Part shown: positions 20,187 to 30,025 of the stretch, one piece after another
How the letters are laid out: each line of letters begins with the position of its first letter
Position numbering within the stretch: position 1 is the first letter of the stretch
Source: Candidatus Heteroscillospira sp.
GTDB lineage: Bacteria; Bacillota; Clostridia; Oscillospirales; Oscillospiraceae
Length of the DNA stretch: 64,000 nucleotides
NCBI GenBank assembly: GCA_050943935.1
Contig: JBMNQC010000004.1
Span: forward strand, 107,759 to 171,758
Direction: 5' to 3'
Made by a program: the position numbers and the translations under genes
Notes under the pieces: generated by a model
The model's input: the letters and a program-made list of their open reading frames with translations, nothing else
The model's database searches: none
What the model was told of the DNA's origin: nothing

Positions 20187-21023
20187 CTATATCTCTATCT
20201 CCGCGTGCCGTGTGGCGTGGCAGCTCATATTCACAACGCAGGGCATGCCCGCGATATGGGTGGGGTAGGTCTCTATGTTCACGGCCAGGGCGGTAGTCCG
20301 TCCGCCGAAGCCCTGGGGGCCTATGCCCAGGTCGTTCACCTTTTTCAGCGCCTCCCGCTCCAGCTCCGCGTAGAAGCTGTCGGGATTGCGCTTGTCCATG
20401 GGGCGGCACAGGGCGCGCTTACTCAGCAGCGCCGCCTGCTCTATGGTCCCGCCCAGGCCCACGCCCATTATAATGGGCGGGCAGGGGTTGGAGCCGGCCT
20501 TCGCGGCGGTATCCACTATGAAGTCCACCACCTCGCTCTTGTCGGCGGATGGGAGGAACAGCTTCATGGCGCTCATGTTCTCGCTGCCGAAGCCCTTGGG
20601 CGCGAGGGTAAGGCGCAGCTTATCACCGGCCACCAGCTCCGTGTGTATGACGGCAGGGGTGTTGTCCCCGGTGTTCACCCGGCGCAGAGGGTCCCGCACC
20701 ACGCTCTTGCGCAGGAGCACATAGCCCCGGCGCACACCCTCGTTCACGGCGTCGGCGAAAAGGCCGTCCGTGATGTGCACCTCCTGGCCTATCTCGGCAA
20801 ACACCACCGCCATGCCCGTATCCTGGCATATTGGCAGCTGATTCAGCCCCGCGTAGACGAAATTCTCGCACAGGTCCTTCAAAACCTCCCGGGCTGTTGG
20901 GGATTCCTCGGAGTCCACGGCGCAGTCTATGAGCATGGCCGTCTCCGGCGGGAGCAGGGTGCAGGCCTTCATGCACAGGCTTTCAATTGCCTCCGTAATC
21001 TCACGGCAGCTTATCTCTCTCAT
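20187..21023 (-). CDS. Fe-S hydro-lyase, class I fumarate hydratase / tartrate dehydratase alpha subunit
   Basis: 278 aa. ...LPICQDTGMAVVFAEIGQEVHI..., typical of the FumA N-terminal/TtdA family. Confidence 0.85.
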   Translation of the reverse strand: MREISCREITEAIESLCMKACTLLPPETAMLIDCAVDSEESPTAREVLKDLCENFVYAGLNQLPICQDTGMAVVFAEIGQEVHITDGLFADAVNEGVRRGYVLLRKSVVRDPLRRVNTGDNTPAVIHTELVAGDKLRLTLAPKGFGSENMSAMKLFLPSADKSEVVDFIVDTAAKAGSNPCPPIIMGVGLGGTIEQAALLSKRALCRPMDKRNPDSFYAELEREALKKVNDLGIGPQGFGGRTTALAVNIETYPTHIAGMPCVVNMSCHATRHAEIEI

Positions 21024-21211
21024 ACAGATTTATCCTTTCGACAAAACTAGTGTTTCTTCGCTCTTTACAAAACGTCAAAGCTCTGGTATGCTCTAAGCAC
21101 AGCTTATCCAATTGGTCAAACCCAAACCCGACAGGATTGGCGTAAGACCCAGCTCATATCTTTATCCCACAACCCTGTTTTTGCGGGCCGCTTTTCGCGG
21201 CCCGCTCTTTT

Positions 21212-21505
21212 TTATGCGTTTTGAAGCAAATACCACTTCACCGCTATGATGAGCACTATCTGCAGCACCAGAATGGCGGGCAGACCAAAGCGGAAATACC
21301 AGTGGCGGGTCTTGTGGTGAAAGGCGTACATCCCGGCCACAGAGCCTATGCTTCCGCCCAGTATTGCCAGGAGAAACAGGGTCTTTTCACTTATCCGGCG
21401 CGCCCCGCGCCTGGCGCAGAACTTATCCCAGCCCATGGCCGCGAAGGCTATGAGGGTCATGACGGCCACATAAACTATGGGCAGCTTGTCCATAAATTCC
21501 TTCAT
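21212..21505 (-). CDS. DUF1294-family membrane protein
   Basis: 97 aa. GWDKFCARRGARRISEKTL...HHKTRHWYF, characteristic of DUF1294. Start overlaps the stop of ygiQ. Confidence 0.8.
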   Translation of the reverse strand: MKEFMDKLPIVYVAVMTLIAFAAMGWDKFCARRGARRISEKTLFLLAILGGSIGSVAGMYAFHHKTRHWYFRFGLPAILVLQIVLIIAVKWYLLQNA

Positions 21506-23427
21506 CGCCTGCCTCTCCCCTTCTGAGGTTTGGGCTTGGGCTTTGCCCAGCCCTGTCCCCGCTTTTTGGGCTTTTCGTGAGCCTTGGGGGGCTCCTTTTT
21601 CTCTTTTTTATCCCTGTACGCCCGCTCGGGACGCAGCAGGCACTCCCTGCCGAAGCCTATGAGGTCCTCCCGGTGGGTCTCGTGGAGGGCCTGCATGATC
21701 AGGCGGCGGTTCTCGGGCCGCTTCCATTGGAGCAGAGCCCGCTGCATTGCCTTTTCATGGGGCGTTTTCGGCACATACACAGCCTTCATGGTAAAGGGGT
21801 CAATTTCCGTGTAGTACATGCAGGTGCTGATGGTGCCTGGAGTAGGGTAGAAATCCTGCACCTGCTCCGGCTGGCGGCCGGTGCGGTTGAGATACTCCGC
21901 CAGCGCCACGGCGTCACTCAGGCGGCTGCCGGGGTGGGAGGACATGAGATAGGGCACCACATACTGTTCCTTCTCGTAGCGCTGATTAAGGCGCCTGTAG
22001 CGCTCAATGAACTTTTCATAGGTCTCCACATGGGGCTTGCCCATATAGTCCAGCACCGAGTCTATGCAGTGCTCCGGGGCGACCTTGAGCTGGCCGGAGA
22101 TGTGGTAGCGCACCAGTTCGGAGAAGAAATCCCCGCTCTTGTCACATAGCATATAGTCAAAGCGTATGCCGGAGCGCACAAACACCCGCTTTACTCCGGG
22201 TATGGAGCGCAGACGGCGCAGCAGGCGCAGATAATCCGAGTGGTCGGCGTCTATGTTTTTGCAGGGCTCGGGGGCGAGGCATTTTCTGCCCTTGCACAGG
22301 CCGTGCTCAAGCTGATTTTTGCAGGCAGGACGGCGGAAGTTTGCCGTGGGGCCGCCCACATCGGAGACATAGCCCTTCCACAGGGGGTGGTGGGTCATCT
22401 TCTCCACCTCGGCGCAGACGCTGTCGTGGCTGCGGGAGGTGACCATGCGGCCCTGATGGAAGGCCAGAGCGCAGAAGTTGCAGGCACCGAAGCAGCCCCG
22501 GTTGTGGATAACGGAAAAGCGCACCTCCTCAATGGCGGGCACTCCCCCCTGCTCATCGTACATGGGGTGCGGCTCACGGGTGTAGGGCAGGGCCGCCACC
22601 GCGTCCAGCTCCTGAGTGTTCAGGGGCATGGCGGGGGGATTGACTATCAGGCAGCGCTCACCCTCCTGCTGTATGAGGGCGTGGCCCCGGATGGGGTCGT
22701 GCTCCTCGTATTCAATGCGGGTGGCGTCGGCGTAAAAGCGTTTTTCCTCACAAACCTGCTCGTAGCTGGGCAGGATGATGGGGTCGGGAAAGGCGCAGGC
22801 CTCCGGCTCCGCGGCGAAAAAGGCCGTGCCCCGAATATCGCGCATACATGAAATGGGCTCTTTTTTCTTCAGGCGCCGGGCTATCTCACGGGTGGCGTAC
22901 TCGCCCATGCCGTACACCAGCATATCCGCGCCGGAATCGGACAGGACGCTGTGGCGCACCTTGTCGTCCCAGTAGTCGTAATGGGCAAAGCGCCGCAGGG
23001 ACGCCTCCAGAGAGCCTATGACTATGGGCATCTGGCTGCCGAAGGCCTCCCTGGCCCGGTTCGCATACACGATAGTGGCCCTGTCGGGACGCAGACCCGC
23101 CTTTTTGCCCGGAGAATAAAAATCCTCGCTTCTGGGCTTCTTGGCGGCGGTGTACTTGGCCACCATGCTGTCCAGATTTCCCGCGCCTATGAGCACACCC
23201 AGGCGGGGCGCTCCCATGGCTGTGAAGGCCGAGCAGTCGTGCCAGTCCGGCTGGACCAGCACCGCCACACGGTAGCCCTCGCTCTCCAGCAGGCGGGAGA
23301 TCACCGCCGTGCCGAAGCTGGGGTGGTCCACATAGGCGTCGCCGGTGACGACCAGAAAGTCGTACCAGTACCAGCCTCTGTCCGTCATATCCTCTTTTGA
23401 AACAGGGAGAAAATCCCATTTATCCAT
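21502..23427 (-). CDS. ygiQ: YgiQ-family radical SAM protein (UPF0313)
   Basis: 641 aa. FLPVSKEDM...DFLVVTGDAYVDHPSFG N-terminus, a CNFC-type radical SAM cluster motif (GCFGACNFCAL) and a basic Lys-rich C-terminal tail. Confidence 0.9.
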   Translation of the reverse strand: MDKWDFLPVSKEDMTDRGWYWYDFLVVTGDAYVDHPSFGTAVISRLLESEGYRVAVLVQPDWHDCSAFTAMGAPRLGVLIGAGNLDSMVAKYTAAKKPRSEDFYSPGKKAGLRPDRATIVYANRAREAFGSQMPIVIGSLEASLRRFAHYDYWDDKVRHSVLSDSGADMLVYGMGEYATREIARRLKKKEPISCMRDIRGTAFFAAEPEACAFPDPIILPSYEQVCEEKRFYADATRIEYEEHDPIRGHALIQQEGERCLIVNPPAMPLNTQELDAVAALPYTREPHPMYDEQGGVPAIEEVRFSVIHNRGCFGACNFCALAFHQGRMVTSRSHDSVCAEVEKMTHHPLWKGYVSDVGGPTANFRRPACKNQLEHGLCKGRKCLAPEPCKNIDADHSDYLRLLRRLRSIPGVKRVFVRSGIRFDYMLCDKSGDFFSELVRYHISGQLKVAPEHCIDSVLDYMGKPHVETYEKFIERYRRLNQRYEKEQYVVPYLMSSHPGSRLSDAVALAEYLNRTGRQPEQVQDFYPTPGTISTCMYYTEIDPFTMKAVYVPKTPHEKAMQRALLQWKRPENRRLIMQALHETHREDLIGFGRECLLRPERAYRDKKEKKEPPKAHEKPKKRGQGWAKPKPKPQKGRGRR

Positions 23428-23445
23428 AGCTGTTGTTCCTTTAAT

Positions 23446-24531
23446 TCATTCTGCCAGACGGCCGGTATACCAGCCGCTGACGCCGTTTTTCTTGCACAGA
23501 TATCCCCGGCTGGTCCGCCGCACAATTGAAAGACGTTCCCCGGCTTCAACGCCCAGGCGGTAATCCGTGCAATCGTTTGTGGTTATTCCATTCGGCGTTC
23601 TTTTGAGAAAATCCGTGAGTATATCCATCTCATAGCCCGTGCGTATGTGGCGGCACCTGGAAAACTCCTCGCCCTCAGCCAGGACCTCCACCAGATTATC
23701 GCCCCAGCGGATATAATAGGAGCTGACGCTCTCCGCCTGGCTGTCCAGCGCCTCTGCCGTGGGGAAGGGGTCATAGTATACCCAGGCGAAGTCCTCGCTG
23801 CCCGGCTCGGGGATGATGAGGCAGTTAAGCTGCCCGTCGTCCTTCAGCACGCAGCCGCCGTCTATGCTCACTATCTTTCTGTCCCGGAGGATGATGGGGT
23901 TCGCGTCGGTTTTGTCCTCCCGGTAGAGCACCACGGGCCAGTGGCCCACTATCTGCCACTTGCGGAAGCTCAGTCCCTGACCGAGGAAATTGTCGTTTTT
24001 CATGCACTTCTGGGGTTCAGCCTCCGCCGCCGAGGGGGCGGATATTCCACCGTGGACGAAGGTGTAGTGCTCCGTGTCGATTATTATTGGCAGCTTTTCC
24101 AGGAAAGCCATCTCATCGGCGTAGTGCTCCCGCAGGATGTGGCGCACCTGCTCCACATCGGACCATTCGTCGGTCTCCACGCCCACGGCGCGGCACATCT
24201 GCCGCAGCAGGCAGTTCTGGCGGAGGTCCATATAGTGCAGAGTGCGCCCGGCCATCTCCTCGTCCCAATGGAGTATCATGTGCCAGCCGTCGCAGTTGCC
24301 CCGCACCACATGGGTGCTGCCCCTGCGGCACAGCTCCATGATATAGCGCAGGGTATCCAGGCTGTATTTGCCCTTTTCCAGAAAATCTCCGTCTATTATC
24401 AGCACATCGCTGTCGCAGAAGCCTGCCTTATCCAGCACGCCTTTCAGATAGGGGAGATTGCCGTGGATATCCGATATGACCAGTATCCGCCGCCCGGGAG
24501 GCAGCGTCAGTCTCTCTATCTCACCGCTCAA
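23446..24531 (-). CDS. metallophosphoesterase (PPP-family Ser/Thr phosphatase-like) with C-terminal SH3-like region
   Basis: 361 aa. Motifs ISDIHGN, GDFLEKG and RGNCD. Confidence 0.8.
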   Translation of the reverse strand: MSGEIERLTLPPGRRILVISDIHGNLPYLKGVLDKAGFCDSDVLIIDGDFLEKGKYSLDTLRYIMELCRRGSTHVVRGNCDGWHMILHWDEEMAGRTLHYMDLRQNCLLRQMCRAVGVETDEWSDVEQVRHILREHYADEMAFLEKLPIIIDTEHYTFVHGGISAPSAAEAEPQKCMKNDNFLGQGLSFRKWQIVGHWPVVLYREDKTDANPIILRDRKIVSIDGGCVLKDDGQLNCLIIPEPGSEDFAWVYYDPFPTAEALDSQAESVSSYYIRWGDNLVEVLAEGEEFSRCRHIRTGYEMDILTDFLKRTPNGITTNDCTDYRLGVEAGERLSIVRRTSRGYLCKKNGVSGWYTGRLAE

Positions 24532-25667
24532 TCAAGTATCATCTCCATCTGTACGAGCATACCCAGCACGCCCATATCCCGGCCTATTTCCCTAAAGCCG
24601 TAGTGTCTGTAAAACTGCGCGGCGTGCTCGTTGCAGTCGGCAGCGTGCAGGCGCAGAGCGCCGAAGCCCCGCTCCCGGGCGGCGGTCACCGCGTAGCCCA
24701 GCAGCTGGGCGCCGAAGCCCAGGTTTCTGTGCTCACCGTCCAGATAAAACAGGCTTATCCAGCCGTAGCCCTCTTTTTTGCCCCGGAGCATATCCAGCTC
24801 CACTATGCCTATGGCCCTGTCTCCGGAAATCACCTTCACCAGGCAGTCCGGCTCGGAGGCCCGCCTTTTGGCGTTAGAGAGATACACAGCGCCGTCAAAG
24901 CCCCGGAGAGTGCCGTGCACGGTTTTCCAGGCGTCGGCGTAGCAGCCGGTGTAATAATCACTCTCTTTATTCAGGTCCAGCCTCTCGAAGCGCAGGTTGT
25001 TGTTATCCATTCCCGTGCGCTTTTTCCACCATGTCTGGTGGGCGAAGGTGCTGTTTGTCTCGTCCAGATGGCTGTTGTCGTTGCGAAATTCGGGTGTGAG
25101 TGCGCCCCGGTCCCAGATATACAGGCTAACGCAGGTGTTGTCGCCGTGGGGTATGCTCTCCACATCCCGGGAGGGCACGCCCAGAACCCGGCAATGAAGA
25201 GAGCGTATGGCCATGCCGTGGCTCACCAGAACGATGGTCTGTCCCTCGTGCTTTTCGCCCAGCTCCTGCACCACCTCCAGCATGCGGTCGCCCAGATGCC
25301 GGAAGCTCTCGCTGCCGGACACATGCCAGTTGTCCGGGTCGCTTGAAAAAGCCGCAAGCTGTTCGGGGTCCTCCCTGCCTATGTCGCCCCAGGTCCGGTT
25401 TTCCCACACACCCATGCAGACCTCCTTGAGCCTCGGTTCTACTTGTATGGGCAGGTCATGGTATTTTGTTATGGCCGTGGCCGTGGTCTGGGTACGGCTC
25501 AGGTCGCTGGCGTACAGGGCGTCCACATGTATGTCCCTGAATCTCTCGGCCAGAGCGGCTATCTGCCTGTAGCCCCGGCCGGTTATTTTTCCGTCGTGAT
25601 GTCCCTGCACCCGGCGATAGAGGTTGCCCTCCGCCTCAGCGTGGCGAATAATATAAATTTTGGTCAT
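24528..25667 (-). CDS. histidine phosphatase (PGAM-like) fused to GNAT N-acetyltransferase
   Basis: 379 aa. N-terminal IIRHAEAEGN...SDLSRT...VSHG; C-terminal GNAT core HRNLGFGAQLLGYAV...FYRHYGF. Confidence 0.8.
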   Translation of the reverse strand: MTKIYIIRHAEAEGNLYRRVQGHHDGKITGRGYRQIAALAERFRDIHVDALYASDLSRTQTTATAITKYHDLPIQVEPRLKEVCMGVWENRTWGDIGREDPEQLAAFSSDPDNWHVSGSESFRHLGDRMLEVVQELGEKHEGQTIVLVSHGMAIRSLHCRVLGVPSRDVESIPHGDNTCVSLYIWDRGALTPEFRNDNSHLDETNSTFAHQTWWKKRTGMDNNNLRFERLDLNKESDYYTGCYADAWKTVHGTLRGFDGAVYLSNAKRRASEPDCLVKVISGDRAIGIVELDMLRGKKEGYGWISLFYLDGEHRNLGFGAQLLGYAVTAARERGFGALRLHAADCNEHAAQFYRHYGFREIGRDMGVLGMLVQMEMILD

Positions 25668-25727
25668 TTCGGTCTCCTTTTTTGGAAATGCTGATTCAAA
25701 GAGCGCCGCGGAAAACGGCGCTCGGTA

Positions 25728-26786
25728 TTAGTCTATTTCAAGCACCCTGTTCAGACTGCGGCCTATGGCGGCGTTGTACTCATGCAGGTCGTCGCGCACT
25801 TTCCCTCGCCGCTGCGCCTTCATAAGCGCGGCGGGGATATCCGCGGTGGCGGGGATGCCCGGATTGTATTTTTCAAGATTCTCGGAGAGGAACAGCTCGA
25901 GTCCCACGGCCTTGGCCTCAAGTATGACTATACCCTGTCCCTCATAGCGGCTTGTAAGCACAAAGCCGTCCATCTGCCGGAGATAGGCGAAGGGATTGTG
26001 CTGGTTGCCCAGCAAAGTTACAAAGCCGTCCAGTCCAAGGCTGTGTATCTGCTTTTCCAGTTTTTCTCTGTCCGGACCGTCGCCTATAAGGTACAGGCGC
26101 ATATCGGGGCGCTCTTTGCATACGGGCGCCAGCATATCCAGCAGCAGGTCGTAGCCCTTCTGGTGGCAGAGTCTGCCCACGGAGCAGAGGTTGTAGCAGT
26201 TGGGGTCGGTCTTAAAGTCTCCGGTGGACTCTTCGGCCTTGCGGAATATCTCCTCCGTGTCCACATGGTTGGGGATGGGTGTTATGGTTTTGTCCGAGAT
26301 GCCGGACACCCGGCGGAAGCCCTCCACTATGCCGGGGGATACGGCGCAGAACTCATCGAAATACTGCAGCTTTTTGTGGAAAAAATGCCACAGGATACGG
26401 TATTTCGGCTCATTTCTGAGCTTTATCTCCACATCGTTGTGTATCCACATGACCCGCTTTTTCGCCTTCACGGTGACGGCCGCCACGGAGCACTCGTTGC
26501 GGTAGCTGTTGAAGTCTATAGCCACATCATATGTTTTGTGGGGAACATCCACAGGCATGAAGCGGCGCAGCACATCAAAATACACCAGCCGGTTCAGCCA
26601 GAAATAGGGCTTCAGAAAGTGCACCGTGAGATTTTTGTGCTCCGGAAGCTCGAAAAAGCACTCTTTATCAAACAGGTAGAGGTCCACCCGGCATTTGTCG
26701 TAGTCTATCTCGTTGAGAACGTTTACCAGCGCCTTCTGGATGCCGCCCACCCGCAGATCGGACTGAAATATTGCAATCGACTTCAT
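25728..26786 (-). CDS. glycosyltransferase family 4 (GT-B)
   Basis: 352 aa. C-terminal E-x7-E-like region (SRYEGQGIVILEAKAVG). Confidence 0.85.
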   Translation of the reverse strand: MKSIAIFQSDLRVGGIQKALVNVLNEIDYDKCRVDLYLFDKECFFELPEHKNLTVHFLKPYFWLNRLVYFDVLRRFMPVDVPHKTYDVAIDFNSYRNECSVAAVTVKAKKRVMWIHNDVEIKLRNEPKYRILWHFFHKKLQYFDEFCAVSPGIVEGFRRVSGISDKTITPIPNHVDTEEIFRKAEESTGDFKTDPNCYNLCSVGRLCHQKGYDLLLDMLAPVCKERPDMRLYLIGDGPDREKLEKQIHSLGLDGFVTLLGNQHNPFAYLRQMDGFVLTSRYEGQGIVILEAKAVGLELFLSENLEKYNPGIPATADIPAALMKAQRRGKVRDDLHEYNAAIGRSLNRVLEID

Positions 26787-26809
26787 CTATCCTCGTCCTT
26801 CGGAAAAAC

Positions 26810-26838
26810 TTGACCTTATATCAATAGAAAGGTATAAT
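26810..26838 (+). promoter_or_regulatory. sigma-A type promoter for csaB-purN
   Basis: TTGACC (26810-26815), 17-nt spacer, TATAAT (26833-26838). Confidence 0.6.
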
Positions 26839-26903
26839 AAATAATCGGAAAATCAATTTTTATTGTATAATACTTTCACCGTTTTTGCAAGGGAGAGTTC
26901 TTC

Positions 26904-28025
26904 TTGTCGGATGCACGCACAAAAAAGAATAAGCGCCGTGGCGTGCTCATCTGCGGCTCCTACGGCCACGGCAACGCCGGGGACGAGGCCATACTGGACG
27001 CCATAATTCTCTCTCTGCGGCGGGCCGAGCCGGAAGTACCCATAACGGTGTTGTCCCGCTCACCTAAGGAGACGGAGGAGCGCCACGGTGTCCGGGCCGT
27101 ATACAAGTTCAATATGCCCGCCGTCCTGCGCGTGATGCTGTCCTCGCGGCTGTATATAAACGGCGGCGGCAGTCTCATACAGGATGTCACCAGCCGCCGC
27201 AGCCTGTATTATTATCTCTTCACCATAGCCGCCGCAAAGCTGCTGGGCTGCCGGGTCATCATGTACGGCTGCGGCATAGGCCCGGTGAGCCGCCCCTACA
27301 ACCGCCGCCTGGCCCGCTTTGTGATAGATAATTTCGCGGACTCCATCACCCTCCGTGAGGACGACAGCCTCCGGGAGCTGCGGCAGTTTGGGGTGAAAAA
27401 GCCCAGAATGCTGGTGGCCTCCGACCCGGCCCTCACCCTGTCCCCCGCCCCCGATAGTGAGACGGACGGGTGTATGCGCGCCCTGGGTCTCGACCCGCGG
27501 GGAAAATATCTCTGCGTGGTGCCCCGGAAGTGGCCCGGCTTTGAGGACAAGGCCCCCTGCTTTGCCCAATGCGCTGACGCGCTGTATGAGGAATACGGCC
27601 TTGAGACCGTGTTTCTCTCCATAGACCATAAAAATGACGCCCTGGCCGCCGAGCTAATAGCCAGGCACATGGCCTCCCCGGCCCACATTGCCCGGGACGT
27701 GCTGCCGGTTGGGCAGACAATAGGCGTGCTGGCCAGGATGCAGTGCGTAATATCCATGCGCCTGCACGGGCTCATTTTCTCCGCCGGGCAGGGTGTGCCC
27801 CTCATAGGCGTGAGCTACGACCCCAAGGTGAACGCCTTTCTGCACTATATAGGCCAGACCGCCTGCATAGACCTGAGTGAGCTAACATCCGAAGGCCTCA
27901 CGGACGCTGTGCGTAGGGCCCTGGCCCTGTGGGACGACGGGGAAGAGCTTTCAGAGCGCATACGCCGCCTGCGTGAGCTGGAGAGCGTGAACATCACCGA
28001 GGCGCTCCGGCTTCTGAATGAATAA
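26904..28025 (+). CDS. csaB: polysaccharide pyruvyl transferase CsaB
   Basis: 373 aa (TTG start). GSYGHGNAGDEAIL...INGGGSLIQD..., typical CsaB/pyruvyl transferase blocks. Confidence 0.85.
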   Translation: MSDARTKKNKRRGVLICGSYGHGNAGDEAILDAIILSLRRAEPEVPITVLSRSPKETEERHGVRAVYKFNMPAVLRVMLSSRLYINGGGSLIQDVTSRRSLYYYLFTIAAAKLLGCRVIMYGCGIGPVSRPYNRRLARFVIDNFADSITLREDDSLRELRQFGVKKPRMLVASDPALTLSPAPDSETDGCMRALGLDPRGKYLCVVPRKWPGFEDKAPCFAQCADALYEEYGLETVFLSIDHKNDALAAELIARHMASPAHIARDVLPVGQTIGVLARMQCVISMRLHGLIFSAGQGVPLIGVSYDPKVNAFLHYIGQTACIDLSELTSEGLTDAVRRALALWDDGEELSERIRRLRELESVNITEALRLLNE

Positions 28026-28037
28026 GGGAGGAACCCT

Positions 28038-28664
28038 ATGGTCAGAACTGCTGTGCTTGTGTCCGGCGGAGGCCGGAATCTGCAGGCCATAATAGACAGC
28101 CGCCTGTTCGGCGAGATACCCAACTGCGATATTGCCTCCGTCATCTCCTCCAATCCCGAGGCCTACGCCCTCACAAGAGCCCGCGCCGCGGGTATAGACG
28201 CCTTTGTGGTGGACCGGGAGATTTTCCCCAACGCCCAGAGCTTTAACGAGGCTCTGTACCACAAGCTCCGTGACCTGGACATAGAGCTGGTGGTGCTGGC
28301 AGGCTTTACCCACCGCCTGTCCGACGCCATAATAAACTCCTGGCGAAACCGCATAATAAACGTCCACCCCTCCCTGCTGCCCGCCTTTTCCGGCGAGGGC
28401 ATGGACGGCGCCGCCCCCCACGAGGCGGCCATAGCCGCGGGCGTGCGCATAAGCGGCGCTACCGCTTACTTTGTAAGCGAGGTCCCCCGCCGCGGCCCCA
28501 TCATTCTTCAGCAGGCCGTGCCCGTACTGCAGGACGACACCCCCGCCTCTCTGCAGGAGCGGGTAATGGAGCAGGCCGAGTGGAGCATACTACCCCAGGC
28601 CGTAGCTCTCTACTGCACAGGGGCGCTCAGGGTGGAGAACGGACTGGTCAAAATAAGCGTCTGA
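28038..28664 (+). CDS. purN: phosphoribosylglycinamide formyltransferase
   Basis: 208 aa. VLVSGGGRNLQAIID...NVHPSLLPAF... Confidence 0.9.
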   Translation: MVRTAVLVSGGGRNLQAIIDSRLFGEIPNCDIASVISSNPEAYALTRARAAGIDAFVVDREIFPNAQSFNEALYHKLRDLDIELVVLAGFTHRLSDAIINSWRNRIINVHPSLLPAFSGEGMDGAAPHEAAIAAGVRISGATAYFVSEVPRRGPIILQQAVPVLQDDTPASLQERVMEQAEWSILPQAVALYCTGALRVENGLVKISV

Positions 28665-28752
28665 GCGGCTTTTACACAAAATTGCTTGACAAATTGCGTA
28701 AAAATGGTATCGTAATACCGTTAATAACAAATAATTCACGGAGGAATTCATT

Positions 28753-29331
28753 ATGTCTGAAAACACCGTCATCATCGAGGGCAGCGGCCGTCATATCCAC
28801 GTCACCCGCGAGCATCTGGATATTCTGTTCGGCAAGGGCTTCGAGCTGGACCAGAAGAAGATGCTCAGCCAGCCCGGCCAGTTTGCCACCAGCTGCAAGG
28901 TCACCGTCACCGGTCCCAAGGGCAGCCTGAAAATGTCCATCCTTGGCCCCTGCCGCAAGGAGACCCAGATTGAGCTGAGCTTTACCGACGCCCGCGCCAT
29001 AGGCCTGAGCTGCCCCGTACGCGAGAGCGGCGTGCTGGAAGGCACTCCCGGCTGCACCGTTGAGGGCCCCTGCGGCTCCGTTGAGCTGGAGCGCGGCTGC
29101 ATTATCGCCAAGCGCCACATCCACATGACTCCCGAGGATGCCGAGAAGTTCGGCGTTTCCGACAAGGAGATTGTTCAGGTCAAGGTCGGCGGCGAGCGCG
29201 CCCTCATCTTCGACGAGGTCATCTGCCGCGTCAGCCCCAGCTACGCCACCTTCATGCACGTTGACTACGATGAGATCAACGCCGCCTCTCTGTTTGGCAA
29301 GGATCCCACCGGCGTCATTGTAAAGAAATAA
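28753..29331 (+). CDS. pduL: phosphate propanoyl/acetyl-transferase PduL
   Basis: 192 aa. Duplicated PduL motif (GSGRHIHVTREHLDILFG and AKRHIHMTPEDAEKFG). Confidence 0.9.
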   Translation: MSENTVIIEGSGRHIHVTREHLDILFGKGFELDQKKMLSQPGQFATSCKVTVTGPKGSLKMSILGPCRKETQIELSFTDARAIGLSCPVRESGVLEGTPGCTVEGPCGSVELERGCIIAKRHIHMTPEDAEKFGVSDKEIVQVKVGGERALIFDEVICRVSPSYATFMHVDYDEINAASLFGKDPTGVIVKK

Positions 29332-29346
29332 GCAAACGCCCATCAC

Positions 29347-29382
29347 AGCCCGGAGAGAACTGTAATCTCTCCGGGCTTTTTT
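29347..29382 (+). terminator. intrinsic terminator of pduL
   Basis: AGCCCGGAGAGA-loop-TCTCTCCGGGCT followed by TTTTTT. Confidence 0.8.
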
Positions 29383-29394
29383 ACTTTTATTACA

Positions 29395-29888
29395 CAGGCT
29401 GTTGAACTTTCCGCGCAGGGCGGCTCCGAATTCGCTGAAAGCGTATTCGGAGCGTGCAGGGGCGCGCATTGCGCGCCCAGCTTTTACTTATTCGCCCGGG
29501 TGCGGCGGTGAAATCGATTCGTACTGCGGGGTCGGGTTCTGAAACCCATTTCTTTAAAGAAACGGGTTTCAAACTTCCCAAAGAACTTGCCTAGATCGAA
29601 TACTCTTTTGGGCCTCGCCGACGCGCACAACGCGCTCGTGCGTCGGTTACTGCAAGCCCTGGCCTGCGTCTTAGTGCAGTACTGTCAGGTGAGCTTTACG
29701 CTGAACTCTACTGCCCAATTCCATCGACTCAGGCGCGATTTGGTGGCACTACCACTTCGCCATTTGAATAAGGTGAGCTTTAGCACACTATAGTTCCCTC
29801 CTCGCGGCACAGCCGCTGCGGTCGGCGGCTAAAAACGTGCCACCGGCACGTTTTTTTAACGCCCCCGGTTATTCACTATTCACTAAAA
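29395..29888. repeat. intergenic mosaic repeat cluster 3 (5' two-thirds of the ~450-bp element + unit 3 remnant)
   Basis: Palindrome GGGGCGCGCATTGCGCGCCC at 29459-29478. Hairpin GAAACCCATTTCTTTAAAGAAACGGGTTTC at 29541-29570. 29571-29785 aligns with 43372-43585. Confidence 0.9.
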
Positions 29889-29895
29889 ACCACCC

Positions 29896-29903
29896 CCTGT
29901 TGG
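29896..29903 (+). repeat. left junction core CCTGTTGG (attL side)
   Basis: Identical octamer at 37480-37487. The left half-hairpin AAAAACCACCCCC precedes it. Confidence 0.7.
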
Positions 29904-30025
29904 CAGTCGTCCATAAAACAGGCAAATGAACAACACATCGTTTATGGGTGACTGTCATACGGGGTTAGGTGAATGAAATATGCTGGACATGGTTGAAATC
30001 AACCGTGTCCAGCATATTTTTTCGC

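Noticed and set aside
21183-21213. Hairpin GCGGGCCGCTTTTCGCGGCCCGC as the terminator of the DUF1294 gene.
   Set aside because: The U-run follows the hairpin only on the plus strand, while both neighbouring genes are on the minus strand. The function is unclear, so it is not annotated as a terminator.
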